Below are positions 19,997-29,100 of a stretch of 64,000 bases of DNA, piece by piece. Under the pieces are notes generated by a model, which was not told the DNA's origin, made no database searches, and saw nothing but the letters and a program-made list of their open reading frames with translations. The position numbers and the translations under genes were made by a program. The DNA is from a virus. Every line of letters starts with the position of its first letter. Position 1 is the first letter of the stretch. The stretch is taken from positions 32,001-96,000 of the IMG/VR virus record IMGVR_UViG_3300040801_000976; one strand, 5' to 3'.

Positions 19997-20562
19997 ATTG
20001 CGATAAATTTAACTATAGTATGCTTTCTTCTGAGGTACTGGATGATGTTATTGGTGCTATGGTTGAAAAATCAGCCAAGCCTACGGGTAATATCTACACA
20101 GCTATCGTGAATGAAAGATTTTACACCCAGTTTGGTCGCGTTGGCCAATCTGACTACAGGTTCAATGCTCCTAACGATGCTTCTTACCTGTACTCGAAAG
20201 AGAGCGGTAAAGTAAGGATGGGTGCTGAATTTGATGGTTATAGAATACAAGGAAACGAAATTATATTTATTCCGGATAGGGCTCTTTCTCAAGAGTTTGC
20301 GGAGTATGGTTATGCTGTTTTCTTAGATACTACCGCTGATATAAAATCTGGAAAACCAGGTATTGCTTCATTTACCTTAGAAGGTAGTGAGATGGTTGAT
20401 GGTTTTGTAGAAGGTCTTGGCGGACGTTCAGGTAACGATAGTGGTGGAAGTATCTCCACGGGAGTACATGGTTCAGAATATCACGTTCTTGGTTATAGTT
20501 GTTCTGTGGTATTTAATCCATACAAATCGTTTATTTTAAAAGAAAATGTGTACATCGACTAG
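19997..20562 (+). CDS. Major capsid protein, exon 2
   Basis: Splicing gives in-frame QIER-Y-CDKFNYSMLSSEV; motifs EKSAKPTGN, PDRALS and VFNPYKSFIL. Confidence 0.88.
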
Positions 20563-20589
20563 TTCGATTGTACTAAATAATATAATGAT

Positions 20590-20627
20590 TAGTAACGGGT
20601 AGTTAATACTCGTTACTATTTAATTTT
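20590..20627 (+). terminator. Hairpin/weak intrinsic terminator after the capsid gene
   Basis: TAGTAACGGGTA-gttaa-TACTCGTTACTA followed by TTTAATTTT. Confidence 0.6.
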
Positions 20628-20651
20628 AATGTAAATAGGTAAGAAAGAAAG

Positions 20652-21458
20652 ATGAATAAAACGATACTTACGGAGGAGCAACTACAAAGAGGTACTCCCC
20701 AAGATAAAATTATAGAAATTAAATCTGTATACAAAAATGGTAAGACCACTGTTCAACCTGTTAGAGACCCGTTAACCGGATGGTTTAAAGGTATTGAAAG
20801 ATTGTCTGAGGACGATAAGAAGAAGAAGAAATTCTGGGCAGAGGCACACCATAAATTTGTTTTAAAAGAAGGTGTTACTTTTGATTTAAATAATGAAGAA
20901 CAAGTAGTTATATGGGAATGGGTTAAACATCAACCCTGTCTAGCATCCAGCTACGAAGAAGCACAGGTGAAATCCGGTGCTGAATTTTATATCCATAGAA
21001 GGCATAAAGAAGCAGTTAAAAGCGTTACGTCTAAACAGACGAAGTTGAAAGCTATGCGTCTTGTAGACGAAGATAAAGTAGAAAATTACTCACTTCGCGC
21101 TAAACTTTTGGGTATTCCAATGGATGGAGAGGATCCTTTAATCATCAAAAACTTTTTATTAGATCAAGCAGATAGTAATCCCGCGAGAGTATTAAAAATA
21201 TATGAAGATTCTCAGTTATCTCTGAGGCTTCTATTAATAAAAGCCCTTGAAAAAGGGAAAGTAACGATTGATCCTTCTGGAGCTTACCGTTACGGTCATG
21301 TCCTTATGGGTATGAGCGAAGATTCTGTGGTTTCATGGATGTCCAGCTCAGATAATAAGAACACCGTTAATTTACTAGAGCGGGAAGTTAATCCCGACTA
21401 TTTTGAGAAGGAGGGTAGTGCCAAGAAAGAGACACCACCTGCCTTAGAAAGAAATTAA
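20652..21458 (+). CDS. Conserved crAss-like protein downstream of MCP (gene 75-like)
   Basis: Position after MCP; FDL...WEWVK and YRYG...MG motifs. Assignment rests on gene order. Confidence 0.5.
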   Translation: MNKTILTEEQLQRGTPQDKIIEIKSVYKNGKTTVQPVRDPLTGWFKGIERLSEDDKKKKKFWAEAHHKFVLKEGVTFDLNNEEQVVIWEWVKHQPCLASSYEEAQVKSGAEFYIHRRHKEAVKSVTSKQTKLKAMRLVDEDKVENYSLRAKLLGIPMDGEDPLIIKNFLLDQADSNPARVLKIYEDSQLSLRLLLIKALEKGKVTIDPSGAYRYGHVLMGMSEDSVVSWMSSSDNKNTVNLLEREVNPDYFEKEGSAKKETPPALERN

Positions 21459-21476
21459 TAAAAATACTTTTAGTCA

Positions 21477-22589
21477 ATGACTGCAAGAGAAGTTTACGAG
21501 GCTGTGCTGGTCGAAGTAAACAAGGAGAATTCCGCAACATTTACGATTGAAGAATTTAATTATGTGTTAAACAAATCTATTCTAGCTTTCGTAAACGAAA
21601 AATATAATTTCTTTGCTTCAAATCAACAACTTTCTGATGATCTGCGTGTACTATTAAAACCCGCTAAGTTTAATTTAGAGAACGAGGGTGATAGTGGTAT
21701 AGAGGAAACTTTTAATCCGGTACGAAGTTACGTGTTGGAGGATTATGATTTTGGTGATGAGGTGATTGGTGTGTCTTTACTAACTGATTTAGAGGTAAAT
21801 TCACGTATAAAGTTTGGTAACCATACCCAAGAATATCGGATCACGGCTGTGAATGATAGTTCGTACCCGTACACAATATCAGTATCGCCTACAAGCGGTG
21901 GAACAGGTTTACTCACAGCCGTACCACGTCATACTTCTATATTGGTTAGAACGGCTGTTGTAGACTATACCCAGTGGGAAACAAGTCCAACAACAGATAG
22001 AGTAATACCAGTAACTTTTCCTTCTTCAGATTACCTACACATGTTATCGTGTCGTGTGTTCTGGAGTGGTAGGAAAGCTGGAGACGATCAGGACGCTTAC
22101 CTAGCATTTCCCGCTAAGAGGCTTACATATGATATGTTAAATGCTATTGAGAATAATGTATACATGAGACCGGCTCCTAACAGACCGTATTATCAGGTAC
22201 ACGATAGTCAATTTAACAGTGGTGTGGTTAAACAACTAGCCGGTGATTTGAGTGCTTATAGAGCATATCAGAACCGACCAAAGATTGAAGTACACATAGG
22301 TAGACCTAGTACTTACATGAAGCCAACGCAGATAGTGATAAATTATCTTAAACTTCCAGAATTAGTGATTTTGGATGATATTGATATTTTCACAGCCGGA
22401 GCCGATTCATCACAATCATTAGAATTACCTGATTATTTGAAGAATGAAATTGTACGCAGAGCAGCGGACTATTTATTAGAAAAGAATAGAGATCCTAGGA
22501 TTTCTACTCACCCACAGCTTAATCAAGAAATACCTACTGTTCCTATTAATATCCAGCAACAAGCTGCAAATGATAGGGCAAAACAGTAA
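21477..22589 (+). CDS. Tail ring/head-tail connector protein (gene 74-like)
   Basis: MTAREVYEAVLVEVNK...FNYVLNK, QQLSDDLRVL, DYLHML, YLKLP and LELPDY motifs. Confidence 0.6.
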   Translation: MTAREVYEAVLVEVNKENSATFTIEEFNYVLNKSILAFVNEKYNFFASNQQLSDDLRVLLKPAKFNLENEGDSGIEETFNPVRSYVLEDYDFGDEVIGVSLLTDLEVNSRIKFGNHTQEYRITAVNDSSYPYTISVSPTSGGTGLLTAVPRHTSILVRTAVVDYTQWETSPTTDRVIPVTFPSSDYLHMLSCRVFWSGRKAGDDQDAYLAFPAKRLTYDMLNAIENNVYMRPAPNRPYYQVHDSQFNSGVVKQLAGDLSAYRAYQNRPKIEVHIGRPSTYMKPTQIVINYLKLPELVILDDIDIFTAGADSSQSLELPDYLKNEIVRRAADYLLEKNRDPRISTHPQLNQEIPTVPINIQQQAANDRAKQ

Positions 22590-22630
22590 AATCTATACAA
22601 TTATTTTTAATTATTTAATACTTTATTTTT

Positions 22631-23827
22631 ATGTCATTTAGTTTAGGGTATAAAGAGGCTATACTAAACAACGCTTCAATCTATCCCATTACAACCAGTG
22701 ATGGAGGTGCCAAGTTACATATCAGAGGATATGGTAATTTTGACCAATCTAAAATTCAATCAGCCTTCGGGCAAAGGTACGTTGCTCCTAGAACAGGAGG
22801 TTTGGTTATAACGGCTCCTACTACCACCGCTTTAGGAATTGAAGACGCTGATGTTAATGTGCCAGTTATAGTACATATCAGAGTTAATACTAGCAGACAC
22901 AGTTCTGAATGGGCTACTGATTTTATCAAGAGGGGGCGTCCTTTTGTATTTGAGTTAAAAGTGAATGGAGGCGAATCTTCTATAGCTATCGCTACCAAAC
23001 TTTACGAAGCTTTAGTTGATTATGAATCAAAGTTCAATTTCTCAAGTGGATTACCTTTTACCTATTCAGACGATGAGGCTGGTAATGTAACCCTGATTTT
23101 AAAGGCCGATCATCTATCGTTTCAGAATTATGTGGATTTCCTACCAAAAGGATTAACTTATGGAGTACAGGCTACCACAAGTAATATACTTCCAATGTAC
23201 GATGCTGACGGTACAACTCAATCACTTGTAGATGGAGTAAATGCGGAGGATGCAACTACTCTTAGTGTGGTTGATAGTACCAATATGCGTGTCGGTGATG
23301 AGATATATATCGAAGATGATACTACTAAATATACCATTGAATCTATTACAAACGGCACAACAGTAGTACTTACTTCAGGATTAGTAGCTGCTACTACTGG
23401 TGATGAAAAAATCACGTATGTACGCAACGGGGAAGAAGCTAAATTATCTGGAAAATATCTAGAAGAAAACGTTCGTATGAGTACACCTTATACCTCGGAT
23501 TCTTACGGTATATCTCCAGATGAGAAACCATTTATTTCAGGTAAATATACCACCATTTCATTTAGAATGAAAGGTACGTATTCCGAAGGTATTGGCGGTG
23601 GTTATGTACCACATAGAAGTCTAGGAACAACTGCTGGTGAACAAGAGGGAGATTGCTTCTTCATGTTTACTTTGTATTTCTTAGAGGGATCAGATTTATT
23701 TGGCACAAGCAATGAACTAGATACAGTTGTTACTTGGTTAAACGGTAGTGCTAATGTAAATGTTACTACTGACTTCCTAAAAGCAAATAAAGATGTTTCT
23801 GCTAGTGTTGCAGATTTCATTGCATAG
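22631..23827 (+). CDS. Putative auxiliary capsid (decoration) protein
   Basis: Beta-rich protein in the capsid operon, followed by a strong terminator. Assignment rests on gene order. Confidence 0.5.
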   Translation: MSFSLGYKEAILNNASIYPITTSDGGAKLHIRGYGNFDQSKIQSAFGQRYVAPRTGGLVITAPTTTALGIEDADVNVPVIVHIRVNTSRHSSEWATDFIKRGRPFVFELKVNGGESSIAIATKLYEALVDYESKFNFSSGLPFTYSDDEAGNVTLILKADHLSFQNYVDFLPKGLTYGVQATTSNILPMYDADGTTQSLVDGVNAEDATTLSVVDSTNMRVGDEIYIEDDTTKYTIESITNGTTVVLTSGLVAATTGDEKITYVRNGEEAKLSGKYLEENVRMSTPYTSDSYGISPDEKPFISGKYTTISFRMKGTYSEGIGGGYVPHRSLGTTAGEQEGDCFFMFTLYFLEGSDLFGTSNELDTVVTWLNGSANVNVTTDFLKANKDVSASVADFIA

Positions 23828-23867
23828 AATTAGTTATCAGTAAAGAAAGATAAATAAATCATAACTT

Positions 23868-23904
23868 AAGGGTGATTGGCCGTATATGCCGGTCACCCTT
23901 TTTT
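23868..23904 (+). terminator. Rho-independent terminator
   Basis: AAGGGTGATTGGC-cgtatat-GCCGGTCACCCTT followed by a T tract. Confidence 0.85.
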
Positions 23905-23947
23905 ATTTATTATAGTTGTATTTATTATTAACTTAATACAAGAATAA

Positions 23948-24628
23948 ATGACATTAGAAGAAATGGCTAGTACCATACGTAATGATGTAGGTTCTGGTCT
24001 AAAAGAAGTGGCTAACTTTAATTATTCATTAGACCAGATCAAAGATGAAATAAGTAATGTTAGAAGCTCAATAATTCTGGAAACTTCCAAAGCCGGCACA
24101 TTAAATCATTCCTACTTTTCCCAAAGAAGAGATAATGTAAAACTGTCTTCTGATGTTTTTCCAGAAAATGGTTATAGAGAAAGTAACCAATTTGTTTTGA
24201 AAGCATTTATACCGAAGTTAGCGATGACTAAAGATAACTCGTCGGTATTATATATAGGACCAGCGGACATGTCTCTAAATTTAAAATTATACTATGATTA
24301 TACGGATGTTAAGAATCACAAACACTCCCGTGTTATAAAGAATAGACCGTTTGCGTTTATTGACCTGGCTCAGGATGGTAATGGAAACCTTCCAGTATAT
24401 GTATTTAATACAGGGCCTGCTTCATTCAAATTAATGTCTGTGAGAGCTATTTTTGATGACCCCGTTAGATTGTTACGAGAGGATGGTATATTTCCAGATG
24501 ATGAAGAATTCCCCGCTCCGCTAGCTGTACAAAAAATGATAATGGATAGGTTAACTATGAAGTACATTAAGTTCTACAAACAGTTAAGTGGTCCTAATGA
24601 ACCTAATGATCAAACAGATAAAACATAA
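23948..24628 (+). CDS. Tail ring protein
   Basis: MASTIRNDV.SGL...SLDQIKDEI...R and VRAIFDDP motifs; tail module position. Confidence 0.55.
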   Translation: MTLEEMASTIRNDVGSGLKEVANFNYSLDQIKDEISNVRSSIILETSKAGTLNHSYFSQRRDNVKLSSDVFPENGYRESNQFVLKAFIPKLAMTKDNSSVLYIGPADMSLNLKLYYDYTDVKNHKHSRVIKNRPFAFIDLAQDGNGNLPVYVFNTGPASFKLMSVRAIFDDPVRLLREDGIFPDDEEFPAPLAVQKMIMDRLTMKYIKFYKQLSGPNEPNDQTDKT

Positions 24629-25344
24629 TGGATAGAATAGCTAAAAAAAATAATTTAAACTTTCTAACGGCCTACCAGACTGCACGTAATCTGTACCACC
24701 TCGATATGACTGAGGATGACTTTATAGAGACAGCTTACCCCGTATGGAGATCTATAGGTAATATTGCTAAAACAATAAGAAGATATTCCTCAGAGATACC
24801 TAGTGATTTGGTACTAGAACTTCCACCGGACGCGGAGTTTGTAAAGACTGTTACAATAATTACAGGTAGGAAGCCTTCCGGTATGTATGATAGTGGAGGT
24901 TACAAAGATCGAAACTATCCCGCTAAACAAGAGGTTAGTATTGATCCATCGTTGGGGGATTCCGTATCAAGTGCTTATGGTATTTATGCCAACTACGAGG
25001 TTGGTGATGGTTATATTAAATTTACATCTAACGATGTCGCAGGTCAGCAAGCTTTGGTGATATATGAGGCTATTGATAAGGATGATATTGGATTACCTTT
25101 ACTCAACGACCTTGAGGTGGCAGCTATTGCGGCAGAGGTTACTAGAATAGATACAGTAAGACAATCTTTCCAAGGTGTGACTACAAAGCAACAAATGTTG
25201 GAGTATATTACTAATGAAGCTAGACGTTTAATGACGGCGGCTAAAATGGATGAGAATATGAGTGACGACGGTTTAAATAAGATATTAGATCAGAAAGTTT
25301 CTTGGGATAGAAAGGTCTACAATAGAAGAATGAATTTAACGTAA
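24628..25344 (+). CDS. Tail tubular/ring protein (Ttub-like)
   Basis: WRSIGN, LELP.D, DDIGLP.LND.E..AIA and SWDRK.Y motifs; overlapping start. Confidence 0.55.
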   Translation: MDRIAKKNNLNFLTAYQTARNLYHLDMTEDDFIETAYPVWRSIGNIAKTIRRYSSEIPSDLVLELPPDAEFVKTVTIITGRKPSGMYDSGGYKDRNYPAKQEVSIDPSLGDSVSSAYGIYANYEVGDGYIKFTSNDVAGQQALVIYEAIDKDDIGLPLLNDLEVAAIAAEVTRIDTVRQSFQGVTTKQQMLEYITNEARRLMTAAKMDENMSDDGLNKILDQKVSWDRKVYNRRMNLT

Positions 25345-25354
25345 GTATTGGTTT

Positions 25355-25885
25355 ATGGCTACATTTGCATACGATGATAATGGTAATAAGGTACAGTTTG
25401 CTAGGTATGATACATCCGGTGTATATAATACCAAGGATCTGTTCCCGGATAATGATGAGGTTAAGAAGTTATTAAAGAAAAAGACTAAAAATATTAATCT
25501 ACAAAAGATTTATGGTCATCACCATAGTCAAGAACTAGTTCGTCGAATTTTCCATATATTTATGTTAAAGGTATTAGAGCGTGTCGCGGAAGGGGATGTG
25601 TTTATTTTTCCAGGTAAAACTGGAGCTAATATTTCCCTTAAACCTTACGATGATGATTATGTAAAGGGAACGCGTCAGGCCGGAAAATTTAAAGAAATTG
25701 ATATAATAAAATCCAACTTCAAGATACCGTACTTTGCTTTTGATTTCGGACCTAAATATAACAGAAAAGAGAGGCGACTATACGTTCCTAAATACATTAC
25801 TACGAAAGCATTTAGAAACGCAGAGAATAGAAGTTTAAAATGGAGTTATGTACGAAAAACCCTTTCCCATGATAGTATCGTATAA
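25355..25885 (+). CDS. IHF/HU-like protein of the crAss tail module
   Basis: Basic protein in the usual position before the muzzle gene; F.EIDIIKSNF motif. Confidence 0.4.
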   Translation: MATFAYDDNGNKVQFARYDTSGVYNTKDLFPDNDEVKKLLKKKTKNINLQKIYGHHHSQELVRRIFHIFMLKVLERVAEGDVFIFPGKTGANISLKPYDDDYVKGTRQAGKFKEIDIIKSNFKIPYFAFDFGPKYNRKERRLYVPKYITTKAFRNAENRSLKWSYVRKTLSHDSIV

Positions 25886-26147
25886 GGATATACTTCCTGA
25901 TTTGGAAAAAGAGTTTCCTGACCTTACCACAAAGTCACTAGAGTCAATATGTAAGAGAGGTTTGCGTGGAATAAACAGGTTAATGCGCGAGGGTGAGGAG
26001 GTGGTACTAAGTAATACTCGGAAGCAACCTATTAAATTTTATATTCCTATGTCCCAGGAGAAGTACAATGCTACAGCTCTGAAGAGGAAACGTAAAAAGG
26101 ATTTAAAGGATAAAAAGAAATATGACAAAGAAAGCAGTAATAAATAG
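25869..26147 (+). CDS. Small basic IHF-like/hypothetical protein (probable start 25869)
   Basis: Overlaps both neighbours; helical N-terminus and Lys-rich tail. Confidence 0.4.
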   Translation: MIVSYKDILPDLEKEFPDLTTKSLESICKRGLRGINRLMREGEEVVLSNTRKQPIKFYIPMSQEKYNATALKRKRKKDLKDKKKYDKESSNK

Positions 26148-29100
26148 TTTTAACCAAGGTGTTAATTCTGATATATCGGAAGAGAACTTTAGTACTCAGT
26201 CACTAATATCCGGTCATAATATAAAAATAACCAGTAACGATGATAAACAATTCATACTACAGAAAGAGGAAGGTAGGATTGAGGAAATAGATGCTTTTCC
26301 GTCTGGTGTTGTACCTTTAGCAGTGAAGGAATTTAACGACGTTGCTTATCTGGTAAATTATAATAAAAATACTAACAAGGTTGAATACGGAATGTACCCT
26401 TCTGTTTATCCCGGAGGTTCTTTAATAACCGAGATTGATGGAGCTACAATGCCTGTTATAAATACAGAACTACTAGATGTTCGGATATCTGAGGTCACGG
26501 AAATACCAGAGAGTCCAGACAGTCATTTCTCATTTAAAATAACTAATCACTCAGACCTTACAGTTACTATTAAAATCAATAGTAATCTTGCTTTTAGAGA
26601 TGGTACTGTAAATTCCAATGATTATACGGCTTATGTAAATCTGGCTTCGGGTTCATATAAAACGTACTATCTTAGACCCGGCTTAGGAACACAAATACAA
26701 GAGGATCCGCGTGGTTTTGGAGGTATAGAGACAGATACTCCTAAGTTACAGGTATCCGTTACCAATGTGTTAGGTAATTATAGATTTATCAGATATGTGG
26801 CTGATGAAGTAGATTTGGTTAATAATTTTGCGCCGGATGATTTTTACTATGTAAACATAGCCGACTATGCTGTATCAGGCATGTTCGAAGAAGAGAATGA
26901 TATAGAGTTTAGGGGCTCTGAAGTTACTAGAAACATATGGTCTGGTGTAGATTTGACTGCTATAGACGGTATGGTGTTTAGAGCTTTTAATGATAACGGA
27001 CACCAGATTGGTGTTAAAACTATAGAGGGCGGTTGGTCTTCTGGTGATAATGATAATTATACTATTTCCCTAGGCTCGTCTGTCGATTCATTTAAAATAG
27101 ATTTGAATACAGATACTAACTCCTTACTGATATACGATTTTCCTGAAGGTGTTAGGTATATACAGGTAGAAAATATAAATAACCAGTTCCCTGAGGATGT
27201 TTACTCATACATCAGCTTATCTACTACTGCCACCACTCCGTTAGGTATTTACGACGGTCTAAACAGGCAATTAGTAACATTAGATTTTGATACAGTATCT
27301 ACTCTATACCGATTAACAGAAAATAGGTATATTGATTTATCTGCTGTTCTTGGAAATAATTCTAAAATACGTTTCTCGGTAGAGGATAGTATAAGTGTTT
27401 ACAGAGAAGATCCTGCTGACGAAAGTAATTTTTCTTTGTTTCGAGATTCAGAAGTATCTGACACACGATACATAAAGGTTATATGCTTGCTAGATGGTAG
27501 TGATGCTGTAAGTTTTACTGCTTTGAGGTTAAGAGAATTACAAGACGAGTACCCAATTATATATGAATACAATCCATTCATCAATTTTTATGATGGTGAT
27601 ACATCAAGCGGAGATTTAACCACACAAAACTACTCTGATTTTTTTGCTACAGATAAAATAGAATATAATTCGGAATCAGTAGTTGACTTAGAGGTTCAGT
27701 CTTCATATGACGGATCTGTAAATTTAATCTCGGCCTCCAAAGGAACGGCTCCGCGTATCGTGAATAGTAGAACACAGATAGATGTAGTTGAGGGATCAGG
27801 TACACTTATTATGCGTAACGGCAATAATTTAGATAATGTTTATTCCGACGACACTATAGAAAAAACTAGGTTAATACCTTATTTAGGAGAAACAGTAGTA
27901 GATCTATCCTTTGAAGGTGTTATACCAAATTCAGGTAATTTGGCAGCTGGTGGTTATAAATACTATTTTAAATTAATGACTGGAGATGGGACTGAGTCAG
28001 AAATAGTTGAACAGTCGAGGTTGGTTTCCGTACATATAGGAGAGAAGTTTGGCAACTCTCACTCCGCTCTCGATGGTAGAAATACAGGTAAATCCGTTAG
28101 ATTTAAAATATCTAATATTGATAATAAAAGTTTTAGGTTCTTATCCGTTTATTATACTATTACCACCGGAGAGACAGATACACCTTCAGTCACAGGTTAT
28201 AAGATAAATAGAAAATACGAGATAAACACGGATACTGCTGAATGTTTTGTAGAACATACGGGTGATGAAGATGTGGATCAGATAGATGTAACTGAGTTAC
28301 AGGTTGAATATACTCCTATTGTTAGTGCTGAAGCAGTAAACCAACAAAATAGTAGGTTATTATTAGGAAATACAGTAGTAAAAAATATTTATTCCGATAC
28401 ATTAAAGAAAGCGGCTTTATCCTGTTATCCCAGTTCGGGAAGCAATATTATAAATGTTGTTTCACAAAGACTGGAGTTACCGGGTTTTTTTACAGTAGAG
28501 AATACATATGCTAGTCCCGATAATATTTACTATAAGTTAGGTTACTTACCTGGTGAAACATATGAACTTGCTATAAATTATGTATTTGATACAGGTAATG
28601 TATCCCCATCATACCCTATACAAGGATTTGATTTTACTCGTGACGGCGAAGTATTAGATTCTAGTTATTTAAGTAAAGATTTTGGGTGGTTACCCAGCGG
28701 TCAAAATTCGAAAGGAGTAATAAGAACTGAGGATAAAACAATCGGAGACGCCGTACCATCAACTTATAAATTAAATTGTTATACCATCGGAATAAATACC
28801 CAATCCATGGTGGATAATTTTACCGATGACTTGAAGGATTTAGGTGTAGTTGGTTATTTTATCTCTCGTAGAAAAAGGAAGCCCGATATGTTGATGGAGG
28901 GTTTAATATCTTTAACAGCCACAGCTCCTAAATCTCCAAGTTCTAATATAGAAAGTAATGTATTTACATCAGGAGAATATCTAGGAGTTGGTTGTGATCC
29001 AGAACGTGTAGGTAGTAGGTATGTTATTTTTCCTACGCCTGGTAATGTAATGAATTTTAGTACAGAAGATATAATTTGGTCCAACCAACCGTTTGATGCA

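Noticed and set aside
18838-20022. Two separate capsid genes, a pseudogene, a frameshift or an intein
   Set aside because: Complete group I core with P1/P10 pairings explains the break and restores the reading frame.
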